Positions 20,318-29,880 of a stretch of 64,000 bases of DNA are shown here, piece after piece. This DNA is from Methanobrevibacter sp. (lineage in GTDB: Archaea; Methanobacteriota; Methanobacteria; Methanobacteriales; Methanobacteriaceae). Numbering within the stretch: the first letter of the stretch is position 1; the number at the start of each line of letters is the position of its first letter. The translations under genes were made by a program, and so were the position numbers. A model generated the notes under the pieces. That model was not told the DNA's origin. It did no database searches and saw nothing but the letters and a program-made list of their open reading frames with translations. The stretch spans positions 1,026 through 65,025 of the forward strand of contig NZ_JBGULU010000036.1 in the NCBI RefSeq assembly GCF_045116495.1. The letters run 5' to 3'.

Positions 20318-21614
20318 CTTCTTTTAAATTCTTTATGGCTTTGCGAGCCTTATCATAAATTTCCTGTTCGTCCAAAACAGTCAATTTCTTATTTTCCATC
20401 AATATCTTACCGTTACAAATGGTAGTGTCGACGTTTGAACCGTTTGCTGAGTAAATTATATTGGATGTCAATGTGGAACTGTCCGGAACCATATTGGCAC
20501 TATTAGTGTCAATCAAAATAATATCCGCTTTTTTGCCAACTTCAATGGAACCTATTTCATCATCAAGACCCAAAGCTTCTGCACCTTTAATGGTAGCCAT
20601 AGCAATAGCTTCATAGGAGTTTAACACATTAGGGTCCAGGGTTGAAACTTTCTGAAGTAAACTAGCAGTTTTTAGCTCTTCAATCAAATCCAAATTATTG
20701 TTTGAAGAGGCACCGTCAGTACCTATAGAAACACAAATATCATTTTCAATCAATTTGGAAACTGGAGCAATTCCTGAAGCCAATTTCATGTTACTGCATG
20801 GATTGTGAGAAACTTTGACACCGTTTTTCTTAATTATTTCAATTTCATCATCACTTAACCATACGCAATGTGCAGCAACAACATCAGGACCTAAAAATCC
20901 GATTTTATCCAAATATTCAAATGGTCTTAGGCCTTTTTCAGCACTAACGTCATCAATTTCCTTTTGTGTTTCTGAAACGTGAATATGAATACCCATATTG
21001 TATTCATCTGCTAACTGGCGAACTTTAATCAGCAATTCCTCTGAAGCTGTATATGGTGAGTGCGGACCGAAAAATACCTTGATTCTTCCGTCAGCCATTC
21101 CATTGCAATTTTTAAATAAGGTTAAGTTTTCCTTGATTTCAGCTTCCCTTCTCTCAGCATCACCGAAATCAATCATTCCATATGAAAGTACTGCCCTTAT
21201 TCCAGCTTCATCAATTGCACGTGCAACATCTTCCATGTAAAAATACATGTCTGAAAATGTGGTTGTTCCAGACTTAATAAGTTCGACCGCTCCTAAAAGA
21301 GCACCTATATAACAATAATCGCCATTGAGATTAGCTTCCATTGGCCATATATGATCATTCAACCAACTGTCTAAACTTAAATCGTCAGCCAATCCTCTAA
21401 ATAAAGTCATTGATAAATGAGTGTGAGTATTTACAAATCCAGGAAGCAAAATTTTGCCTTCAGCGTCAATAATTTTTTCAACATTGCTTTCATCGATTAC
21501 ATCTGAAATTTCAGAAATCAAATCGTTTTCAATTAAAACAGATTGTTTTTTTTCTTCAAAATTATTTGGGTTTAAAATTAATGCATTTTTAATTAAAATA
21601 GTATTATCTGACAT
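20310..21614 (-). CDS. Amidohydrolase, 5'-deoxyadenosine/MTA/SAH deaminase family
   Basis: NTHTH, GPHSPYT, HIHVSET, AAHCV, GTDGASSNN. Confidence 0.85.
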   Translation of the reverse strand: MSDNTILIKNALILNPNNFEEKKQSVLIENDLISEISDVIDESNVEKIIDAEGKILLPGFVNTHTHLSMTLFRGLADDLSLDSWLNDHIWPMEANLNGDYCYIGALLGAVELIKSGTTTFSDMYFYMEDVARAIDEAGIRAVLSYGMIDFGDAERREAEIKENLTLFKNCNGMADGRIKVFFGPHSPYTASEELLIKVRQLADEYNMGIHIHVSETQKEIDDVSAEKGLRPFEYLDKIGFLGPDVVAAHCVWLSDDEIEIIKKNGVKVSHNPCSNMKLASGIAPVSKLIENDICVSIGTDGASSNNNLDLIEELKTASLLQKVSTLDPNVLNSYEAIAMATIKGAEALGLDDEIGSIEVGKKADIILIDTNSANMVPDSSTLTSNIIYSANGSNVDTTICNGKILMENKKLTVLDEQEIYDKARKAIKNLKEAI

Positions 21615-21656
21615 AATAACACCTAAAAAAATAAAAAAAAGTTAAAAACTTAGAAT

Positions 21657-21863
21657 TTATAAGTTTTTAATAGCTAATTTAATATCATCAGCTTTAACAG
21701 TTTTACGTTTTGCAACTTTAGCAACTTTGTTAGCTTCTTTAGCAACTTCACGAGCAACTTCTTCTAAGTATAAAGCTAATTCTTCTTTTGCATCTTCGCT
21801 GACTCTTTCAGCGCCAGATTCTTTGATAATTCTTGCAACAGGAGCTTTTGGTATTTCAGACAT
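21657..21863 (-). CDS. Archaeal histone (HMf family)
   Basis: [33 protein letters not shown] histone fold; ATG 21863 after GAGGTGA RBS. Confidence 0.93.
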   Translation of the reverse strand: MSEIPKAPVARIIKESGAERVSEDAKEELALYLEEVAREVAKEANKVAKVAKRKTVKADDIKLAIKNL

Positions 21864-22082
21864 ACTTTTCACCTCACTTAAGTTTATTAAAACTTATGAT
21901 TTACAGCCAAAATCATAAGTTAAATAACATTTTAAGATATCTTAATATTTAAATATTTTGCAAAATTAGCCCCAAATTAAAAAAATAAAATTGGATAAAT
22001 TAAAAAAATAAAAAATTAATACTTAAAAGTATTTAACAAATAATTAATAAATTAATATAAGATAAAAATAATTTTGAGTGAA

Positions 22083-22946
22083 ATGATGAATATTAAAATT
22101 GCTGTTCCTTCGAAAGGAAGAATAAGTGAACCGTCCGTAAACATCCTGGAAAAGGCAGGTTTAGGTTTAATCGATAAAAACAATCGGAAATTAATTTCAA
22201 AAACATTTAATGAGAATATAGAAGTAATGTTTGCAAGAGCATCCGACATTCCTGAATTTGTGAATGATGGAGTGGCAGATATGGGAATTACCGGTGTTGA
22301 CCTAATCCATGAAAATGAAGCGGATGTTGAGGAGCTACTGGACTTAAGATTCGGACAGACAAAACTGGTTCTTGCTGCACCGGAAGAATCAGATGTGAAT
22401 TCGGTTGAAGACATAACTGAAGATATGAAGGTGGCAACTGAATTTCCTGTTTTAACAAGAAAATATTTAGATGAAAAAGGTCTTAATTTAAAAATCGTCA
22501 AATTAAGTGGATCAACAGAAGCGGCTCCGTTCATCGGAATAGCTGATTTGATTACTGACCTGACAAGTACAGGAACCACACTAAAAATGAACCATCTGGA
22601 AATCATAGATACCCTTCTTGAAAGTAGCATAAAACTCATCGCTAACAAAGACAGTCTAAACGATAAAAAAGAATTAATAGAGTCTGTCAGCACAAGCATT
22701 AGGGGTGTTCTTGATGCGGACCGGAAAAAATTAATCATGATGAACGTGAAAAGCGTTGATTTGGATAAAGTTAAAGAAGTCATGCCGTCAATGGGTGGTT
22801 TGACAATCTCAGAAGTTTTATCAACAGAAAAAACAGTTGCAGTTCAAGCTGTTATTGATGAAAAACAAGTATTTGAACTAGTAAATGACTTAAGAAATGC
22901 AGGTGCAATGGACATTCTTGTTGTGCCTATCGAAAGAATCATATGA
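22083..22946 (+). CDS. hisG: ATP phosphoribosyltransferase (long form)
   Basis: IAVPSKGR, RASDIP, GSTE, DLTSTGTTL, C-terminal regulatory domain. Confidence 0.94.
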   Translation: MMNIKIAVPSKGRISEPSVNILEKAGLGLIDKNNRKLISKTFNENIEVMFARASDIPEFVNDGVADMGITGVDLIHENEADVEELLDLRFGQTKLVLAAPEESDVNSVEDITEDMKVATEFPVLTRKYLDEKGLNLKIVKLSGSTEAAPFIGIADLITDLTSTGTTLKMNHLEIIDTLLESSIKLIANKDSLNDKKELIESVSTSIRGVLDADRKKLIMMNVKSVDLDKVKEVMPSMGGLTISEVLSTEKTVAVQAVIDEKQVFELVNDLRNAGAMDILVVPIERII

Positions 22947-23449
22947 AAATTGCAATAATCTATTCAACTTCAAGCAGAACAACAAAAAAGGCATGTAAAA
23001 TACTGTCCAGTAAAATAAATGCCAATGTACAGCTTATACCTATTGAAAAGGCAAAAACTGCATGTCTTTTAAAGTATAATTTTATTATACTTGCAGGGTC
23101 TGCGATGAATGGTAAAGTGCAAAGCGCATTGAAAAGATATGTTTCAAGAAACATTAAAACTTTAAAAGAAAAGCCTGTTGCCCTGGTTTTGAACTGTGAA
23201 GAGGGCATTGATACAAGAGACAGATTGAATAAAACATTCACAGAGGAACTGGTGGATTCATCATACATTAACTCAAACTTTGGATATGAATTAGATCCGG
23301 ATGAGGGAAACTTAATTGAAAAAAGAAGAATAAATAAAATTATAAATAAATATCAAAAAGAGGGGAAAAATCTTCCCGTTCTTAACATGGATGAAATCGA
23401 TAAATTTGCCGATTATATAAATAATATGATTAAAAAAAGGGTTGATTAG
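22943..23449 (+). CDS. Flavodoxin-domain protein (HemG-like)
   Basis: MKIAIIYSTSSRTTKKAC, IILAGS flavodoxin pattern; overlaps hisG and pyrB. Confidence 0.7.
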   Translation: MKIAIIYSTSSRTTKKACKILSSKINANVQLIPIEKAKTACLLKYNFIILAGSAMNGKVQSALKRYVSRNIKTLKEKPVALVLNCEEGIDTRDRLNKTFTEELVDSSYINSNFGYELDPDEGNLIEKRRINKIINKYQKEGKNLPVLNMDEIDKFADYINNMIKKRVD

Positions 23450-24377
23450 AATTTTTAAACTAAAAAACATAATTTCAATAAAAGATTTTGAAAGAGAAGA
23501 TATTGAATACATTTTAGATGAAGCAGCAAAGCTGGAAGATGTTGCCAAATCAAAAGTAATATCTGAAGAATTAAAAGGTAAACTCCTTGGATTGATGTTT
23601 TTTGAACCTTCAACAAGGACAAAAATGTCCTTTGAAACTGCAATGAAACGTTTGGGAGGAGAATGTGTTGGATTTGAAAACAGCGGATCCAGTTCTGTCT
23701 CAAAAGGTGAAAGCATTGCGGATACTGCAAAAATGTTTGAAGGTTACAGTGACGCATTAGTAATCAGACATGAACTTGAAGGAGTGTCCAAATTTATTTC
23801 TGATATTGTAAATGTCCCTGTTATCAATGCAGGTGACGGAGCAGGTCAACACCCAACCCAAACATTGCTCGACCTATACACAATCAAAAAAGAAATTGGT
23901 GAAATCGATAATTTAAAAATAGCTTTGATTGGTGATTTGAAATTCGGACGTACAGTTCACTCACTGTCAAATGCACTGGGCCTGTTTAAAAATGTCAAAA
24001 TTTATTTGGTATCACCTCCTGAGCTCAAAATGCCTCAGGAAATCCTACACGACATTAACAAAACCAATGTAACATGGGAAGAAACAGATTCAATAGAAAA
24101 AATCATTGATGACGTTGATGTATTATATGTAACAAGGATTCAAAAGGAGCGTTTTGCAGATATTGATGATTATCTGAAAATAAAAGGAGCTTATATCGTT
24201 AATAGGAAAATGATTGAAGGTAAGGATTTGATTGTAATGCATCCTTTACCTAGAATCGATGAAATAGACACAGATGTGGATAATACTAAATACAACAAAT
24301 ATTTCACTCAAGCTGCAAATGCCGTTCCTGTAAGGATGGCAATTTTAAAAACATTAATAAATAACAACCCTAAATAG
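23442..24377 (+). CDS. pyrB: Aspartate carbamoyltransferase catalytic subunit
   Basis: [29 protein letters not shown]. Confidence 0.95.
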   Translation: MIRIFKLKNIISIKDFEREDIEYILDEAAKLEDVAKSKVISEELKGKLLGLMFFEPSTRTKMSFETAMKRLGGECVGFENSGSSSVSKGESIADTAKMFEGYSDALVIRHELEGVSKFISDIVNVPVINAGDGAGQHPTQTLLDLYTIKKEIGEIDNLKIALIGDLKFGRTVHSLSNALGLFKNVKIYLVSPPELKMPQEILHDINKTNVTWEETDSIEKIIDDVDVLYVTRIQKERFADIDDYLKIKGAYIVNRKMIEGKDLIVMHPLPRIDEIDTDVDNTKYNKYFTQAANAVPVRMAILKTLINNNPK

Positions 24378-25542
24378 TATAGAGGGTTGTTTCAAGTAAT
24401 GTTTCATCACATTGCAGTTTAATGATATTTGTTCTTCCTTTTCCACGACCGCGTGAAATTGTATTTGTTGAAATTATACCCAATAATTCAAGTTCGTTTA
24501 TAAAGTCAAATATTCTTCTGTAGGTTACTGCATCCTTTTTAGAGATTTCCTTGTACTCGTCATACAGTTTTCCTGAAGATATTTCCTCACCCTGTTTTGT
24601 TAAAATTAGAATAGCTTCCAAAACCCTTTGCTGTTGCAATGGCAGAGTGGAAATGATTTCAATAACCTTATTGTGTTCGATTGTATCTTTTGCTTTTCTG
24701 ACATGTTCGCCTGTAACCTTATCGCAATCCTCATCGAAAGCTATTTCACCAGCGCTTTTAAGCAAATCAAGAGCATATCTAGCGTCACCCTCTTCCTTAG
24801 CGGCCATCGCTGAACATAAAGGTATCACATCATCTTCTAAAACACCATCCTGGAAAGACAACTGTGCCCTTTCAGACAAAATGTCAGATAACTGATCTGC
24901 GCCATATGGAGGAAATACAATTTCCTTATCGTTCAAGCTGCTTTTTACCCTGGATTTAATGAGGTTTTTAAAGTCCAGATAATTACTGATGCATAAAACA
25001 GAAACATTGTCAGTTCTGGTCAATGTGTATAAAATTCCGTCGCCGTCCTTGTCAAGCAAAATGTCAATCTCGTCCAATATAACAATTAGCTGCAGTTTTT
25101 TACCATAAGTATTTCTTCTTTTAAAAATATCCCTAAAAGCGTTTACCACTTCACCTTTGGTCCATCCACGGCTTGGAACATCACGACCTAGCTTGTTACA
25201 AATTTCTGCAATAACCTGATATTCAGTAGTGAAATCAGTACATCTAATATGCAGAACTTTAACGAAAACTTTCTTTTTGTTTGCAATTTCAATCAGCTGT
25301 TCACGTGCAAATTTGGATGCCGCTGTCTTTCCTGTTCCTGTCTTACCGTAGAGAGTAACATTTGATGGAGTAACATCACTCAAGACATCGACCCAATATT
25401 TAGCTATTTGTCTTATTTGATCCTCCCTGTGAACCAGCTTGTCAGGCAGATACCTGTGATCCAAAGGTTCCTTATCCTTGAATATGCTGGTGGACGAAAG
25501 GTTTTCTATGTCATTTTCCAAATCTTCAAAAACATTTGACAT
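24370..25542 (-). CDS. cdc6: Orc1/Cdc6 replication initiator
   Basis: [25 protein letters not shown], winged helix with SRGRGKGRT; likely start ATG 25542. Confidence 0.95.
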   Translation of the reverse strand: MSNVFEDLENDIENLSSTSIFKDKEPLDHRYLPDKLVHREDQIRQIAKYWVDVLSDVTPSNVTLYGKTGTGKTAASKFAREQLIEIANKKKVFVKVLHIRCTDFTTEYQVIAEICNKLGRDVPSRGWTKGEVVNAFRDIFKRRNTYGKKLQLIVILDEIDILLDKDGDGILYTLTRTDNVSVLCISNYLDFKNLIKSRVKSSLNDKEIVFPPYGADQLSDILSERAQLSFQDGVLEDDVIPLCSAMAAKEEGDARYALDLLKSAGEIAFDEDCDKVTGEHVRKAKDTIEHNKVIEIISTLPLQQQRVLEAILILTKQGEEISSGKLYDEYKEISKKDAVTYRRIFDFINELELLGIISTNTISRGRGKGRTNIIKLQCDETLLETTLYTI

Positions 25543-25554
25543 TATAGTCACCAC

Positions 25555-26181
25555 AATAAAATTTATGAAAAAATAAATTAGTATAATTTCCAGTGTTAAT
25601 AATATTTTGAACCTAATAAATAAAGGTTTTTATTACAAATATAGTAAAAAGTTATTAAAAAGCGATGAAATGCAAAAATTAAAATCAGCTAAAATCAGCT
25701 AAAATTAGTTTAACATATTAAAAATGATTATTATAAAGTAATATAATGTATATACTAATATTTAACAAAATAATTTGTTTAAATCAAATTAAATTTAAAA
25801 TATGAAATATAACTATTTCCAATATAAAATAACGATTTCAAGTGTAAAAATCAAGGATAGACAGTGAAAATAAGCTCTCAGATGGCTTGAATAAGATGAT
25901 TTTTGAAAAAATTATCATGATTTATAATCAAGACAGAGAGGTGCTTTTCAAGTGTAAGAATTTCATGCGAAAAGCAAAAATGAAGACATGTATTGCAAGT
26001 GTAACATTCGTGTGAAAATGAGTTCAAATTAAAAAATTTAGCAAAAATAAAAATACGGTCTCAAAATGAAAAAATAAAGAAAAATCAGAGAGATAAATTT
26101 CAAGTGTTTACAGTTGAAATATACCCCTTCATTCTTAATATACCTTCGAAAACGTTTCAGTTGAAATACACCTCTCCCTCT
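25555..26181. other. Probable chromosomal replication origin (oriC) with ORB repeats and an AT-rich unwinding region
   Basis: 13-bp TTACA(C/G)TTGAAAT-like boxes: minus strand at 25586, 25835, 25945, 25992, 26097; plus strand at 26108, 26155; some with C/G-rich tails; AT-rich ~25600-25830; adjacent to cdc6. Confidence 0.88.
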
Positions 26182-26655
26182 CTAAATGAACATATCATTC
26201 TGATTTGAAGGAGCAGGAAGTGTTCCGAATTTTTTGTCAATTAACCAGATGCAATGCAATTTAGATTTAAAAATTCTTTTCATAGTTCTAATCAGCATAT
26301 CCTTGGTCAATCCATCTTCAAAAATTTGTTCGGTAATTACAAACTGCTGCAATATGTCATTGTTTATCTGCAGTTCAAAATCAACTAGAAATGTATTCAA
26401 ACCGAAATTCAAATCTAGAATAAAATCCTTTTTAGTTTTAATGTCAGCAGATTCCATCAATGTTTTATGCTGTGGAGCCACCTGAGTAGCGCACGCAATA
26501 ATAACTGAATCTTTACCCTTAGGTTTTACAACATCCATTATATTTTCCTTGGGAAATTCAACAATAAAATGAAAATCCGCATTTTCATCATATTTCATTT
26601 CTCTTAAAAGATCTTCATCAAGTAACCATTTTTCAACTTGTTCTTCGATATTCAT
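26182..26655 (-). CDS. DUF2299-like conserved archaeal protein
   Basis: IEEQVEKWLLDE..ADFHF..PK.K pattern; 157 aa. Confidence 0.7.
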   Translation of the reverse strand: MNIEEQVEKWLLDEDLLREMKYDENADFHFIVEFPKENIMDVVKPKGKDSVIIACATQVAPQHKTLMESADIKTKKDFILDLNFGLNTFLVDFELQINNDILQQFVITEQIFEDGLTKDMLIRTMKRIFKSKLHCIWLIDKKFGTLPAPSNQNDMFI

Positions 26656-26721
26656 AATATCATCATAAATTATTAATTAATAATAAAATATTTATTTTTT
26701 TATTTATATATATTATAAAGT

Positions 26722-27699
26722 ATGATTGAATTATTTTATTTTATTGTTTTAGCATTATTGCTTTCACTTGCAATAGATGTTCTGTTTGGCGAATTACCAA
26801 CAAAAATACATCCTGTTGTTATTATGGGTTCAATCATAAGTTTTTTCAAAAAAATATTTATAAAAATAAAAAATAGAATATCAGGATTGTTATTGGTTTT
26901 ATCTTCAGTACTGGTTGTCAGTATAATTTTGTATATTATTTGTTATATATTCTCATTTAACAGTTTATTATTGTTTATTATATTTATTATATTATTATCA
27001 TCAACATTTTCTGTCAATATGCTTTTAAAGACTGCTGTTGATGTTAAATCAGATTTGGATATCAGTATTGAAAAAGCCAGAGAGTCAGTTTCATATTTGG
27101 TCAGCAGAAGTACTGATGAGTTGACAGAAAGTTTTATTGTATCAGCTGTTATTGAAAGCCTGACGGAAAACATAACTGACTCATATGTTGCTCCGGTGTT
27201 TTACTATGCAATTTTTGGAATAATTATTATGTTAAATCCAATTAATAATCATTTGTATTATCTCTTGCTGGTTCCAATGCTATATCGTTTGTTCAACACT
27301 TTAGATGCAATGGTCGGATATAAAAGTGATGAGCTTAAAGACATTGGTTTTGTTCCGGCAAAAATAGATGATATCTTGAATTATGTTCCGTCAAGAATTG
27401 CAGGTATTTATGTTGTGATTTCTGCTTATTTACTTAAATTGGATGGTAAAAACAGTTATGAAATAATGAGAAGAGATGCCAGGAATTGTCCTAGTCCAAA
27501 TTCAGGATACACCATGGCAACAACTGCAGGAGCACTTGACATTCAGCTGATAAAAAAAGACACATATATTCTGGGGGATGCCAATAGGGAAATTGGCAAG
27601 GATGACATTACAAGGGCTGTCAATCTATCAAAAATGACAATAGCTCTGTTTACATTAACAATATTAATTTTATTAACATTGATTCATGTGATATTATGA
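26722..27699 (+). CDS. cbiB: Adenosylcobinamide-phosphate synthase CbiB/CobD
   Basis: HPVVIMG, ESLTENITD, NTLDAMVGY, SPNSG; hydrophobic. Confidence 0.92.
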   Translation: MIELFYFIVLALLLSLAIDVLFGELPTKIHPVVIMGSIISFFKKIFIKIKNRISGLLLVLSSVLVVSIILYIICYIFSFNSLLLFIIFIILLSSTFSVNMLLKTAVDVKSDLDISIEKARESVSYLVSRSTDELTESFIVSAVIESLTENITDSYVAPVFYYAIFGIIIMLNPINNHLYYLLLVPMLYRLFNTLDAMVGYKSDELKDIGFVPAKIDDILNYVPSRIAGIYVVISAYLLKLDGKNSYEIMRRDARNCPSPNSGYTMATTAGALDIQLIKKDTYILGDANREIGKDDITRAVNLSKMTIALFTLTILILLTLIHVIL

Positions 27700-28703
27700 A
27701 AGTGGCAATCATTTCTGTTTCAGATAAAGGAAAAGAGTTAGCATTGACTATTAAAAAGCACCTGGATGATGATTCAACAGTCATTAGGGCTGATTTGTTT
27801 CATAAAAACGTTAAGAAATATTTAAAAATTGCATTTTATGAATATGATGCAATAGTTGCTATCATGGCCAGCGGTATTTTAATAAGATCAATTGCACCAT
27901 ACATCAATTCAAAAACAACAGATCCTGCAGTGATTAACATTGACGATAACGGAAACTTTGTAATATCAACTCTTTCTGGGCATTTGGGAGGAGCAAACAA
28001 GTTAACCAATAAAATTGCTACATTAATAGATGCTACACCTGTTATCACAACTTCAAGCGACATTAACAACCGATTAGGCATTGATGTTCTTGCAAGCGAT
28101 TTATATTTATCAATCGACAAGCCAAAGGAAATTTTATTTTTCAACAAGGCAATTTTAGATGGTCAAAAAATCACATTAACAATGAAAAATGAAAAGAAAT
28201 ATCTTCTAAACTATTTAGAAAAAAATACACTTGAAATGGATGTTTCATTAGTTAATTGCGATAATGTCAGTGAAGATGAAATCAAGGTCGGTTTGGATGG
28301 TCATGAAATAATTTTAAAAGAAAAGAAAATGGTTGTGGGAATTGGCTGCAGACGTGGCAAGGAATATGAAAAGATTAATGAAGGATTTTCCAAATCAATA
28401 AACGAATTAAACATTGATGCATCAAGAGTCAATCAACTGGCATCAGCTGAAATCAAAAAGGATGAAAAAGGAATTTTAAAATTATCAGAAAAATTAAACA
28501 TTCCGGTTAACTTTGTTGATTTGGACAGGTTGAAGCTGTTTGAATCTCAGGATGTTCAGAAGTCTGAATTCGTAAAGTCAAAATTCGGAATTTATGGTGT
28601 TTGTGAACCTTCAGCATTGATTACTGCAGGTTTTGATTCTAAATTAATTTATAAGAAAACATCATATGATGGCGTGACAATAGCTGTCGCTATCTCAAAT
28701 TAA
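27696..28703 (+). CDS. cbiG: Cobalt-precorrin-5A hydrolase CbiG
   Basis: MASGILIR, DPAV, SGHLGGAN, GIGCRRG, GVCEPSAL. Confidence 0.92.
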   Translation: MKVAIISVSDKGKELALTIKKHLDDDSTVIRADLFHKNVKKYLKIAFYEYDAIVAIMASGILIRSIAPYINSKTTDPAVINIDDNGNFVISTLSGHLGGANKLTNKIATLIDATPVITTSSDINNRLGIDVLASDLYLSIDKPKEILFFNKAILDGQKITLTMKNEKKYLLNYLEKNTLEMDVSLVNCDNVSEDEIKVGLDGHEIILKEKKMVVGIGCRRGKEYEKINEGFSKSINELNIDASRVNQLASAEIKKDEKGILKLSEKLNIPVNFVDLDRLKLFESQDVQKSEFVKSKFGIYGVCEPSALITAGFDSKLIYKKTSYDGVTIAVAISN

Positions 28704-28727
28704 ATATAAAATAAAAAAAGAGTTAAA

Positions 28728-28976
28728 TTAGATTGATTCTAATTTAGAGAGAACTTCCCAAATTAAAGTTCTTGCGTGTACTGGTATGTTAGGATCATTA
28801 CTGATTTCATCTAATTTTCCTAAAACAGTACTTATTTTAACGGATTGATCTTGTTCTTCATCTTTTAATAAATCGTTAGATTCACTAGCTGCTTCTCGAA
28901 TGTTACGAGGTACAGTATTGTTTTCTGAAATATATTCAAGTATTTGACATACTTCTTCTATAGTTTGATTACTCAT
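28728..28976 (-). CDS. UPF0147-family protein
   Basis: VPRNIR..A, LDEISNDPNIP.HART.IW. Confidence 0.88.
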   Translation of the reverse strand: MSNQTIEEVCQILEYISENNTVPRNIREAASESNDLLKDEEQDQSVKISTVLGKLDEISNDPNIPVHARTLIWEVLSKLESI

Positions 28977-29119
28977 AATACTCCCTCCAAAAATATAATT
29001 TAAAAATAAGTCAAATCTATTAATTTATATATTTATTCGTAATCTCTTTAAATATTTTGTGGTATATGTGAAAATTATCAGTAGAAAAATATATATTAAA
29101 TTAAAATGAATTATTATAC

Positions 29120-29287
29120 ATGTCAGATATAAGCAAAACAACTATAAATTTACCTAAAGATTTGAAAAAAGAATTAAAAAAAATTGCAATCGATGAAGAT
29201 ACATCATTATCCGGTTTAATCATAAAAATGATTGAAGAAGGAATGTCATCAAGAAATAAGAATGATGTAATTTCAGGTGAAGATTAG
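29120..29287 (+). CDS. Small ribbon-helix-helix (CopG-like) DNA-binding protein, 55 aa (below ORF-track cutoff)
   Basis: Hand translation MSDISKTTINLPKDLKKELKKIAIDEDTSLSGLIIKMIEEGMSSRNKNDVISGED*; TATA-like tract about 25 bp upstream suggests a leaderless mRNA. Confidence 0.8.
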   Translation: MSDISKTTINLPKDLKKELKKIAIDEDTSLSGLIIKMIEEGMSSRNKNDVISGED

Positions 29288-29871
29288 ATAATATCTTCAG
29301 CTGAATTCAACATATAAGTAATAAATTGTGTTTTTGCAGACTCTTCTATGAAAACTGCAAGAGATTCGGCTTCTTTTAAATTTTCACTAACGCAAATCAC
29401 ACCATGCTTTTTTAATATAAGCACATCACTATTTCCAATGTTTTCGCTTGCGCTTAAGGCAAGTTCGTTGCTTCCGGGTTTTTCATATTCAATATCTGGT
29501 AAGAAAGGATCTTTTATTTCTCCAAAACCTTCCAGTCTTTTTATTCTTTTGTTTGAAAATGCAAATCCAGTAGCATAAGGAGAATGGGTATGCACAATGC
29601 CATTGACATCATTTCTTTTTTTATAAATTTCCAAATGCATATTAACTTCAGATGAAGGTTTTCCATTTGTTAGTAAATTTCCGTCCAAATCGACTAAAAC
29701 AATTTCTTCCTGAGATAAATTTGCCAGGGATGTTAATGTAGGAGTAATGGCAACTATATCTCCATTAGTGCTTTTAATTCGTTTACTGATATTTCCTGAT
29801 TTTCCTGAAACCAGATTCTTATTATAAATGTTATTTCCAACATCAATTATTTCCTGAATATGCTTTTTCAT
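29284..29871 (-). CDS. Class II aldolase/adducin family (L-fuculose-phosphate aldolase-like)
   Basis: SGNIS, ITPT, PSSE..MH, HTHSPYA, HG. Confidence 0.88.
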   Translation of the reverse strand: MKKHIQEIIDVGNNIYNKNLVSGKSGNISKRIKSTNGDIVAITPTLTSLANLSQEEIVLVDLDGNLLTNGKPSSEVNMHLEIYKKRNDVNGIVHTHSPYATGFAFSNKRIKRLEGFGEIKDPFLPDIEYEKPGSNELALSASENIGNSDVLILKKHGVICVSENLKEAESLAVFIEESAKTQFITYMLNSAEDII

Positions 29872-29880
29872 CTTATCACT

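Noticed and set aside
22052..22783. 243-aa antisense ORF and the many other short overlapping ORFs in the track
   Set aside because: Shadows of well-supported genes on the opposite strand or frame (here hisG); no recognisable motifs.
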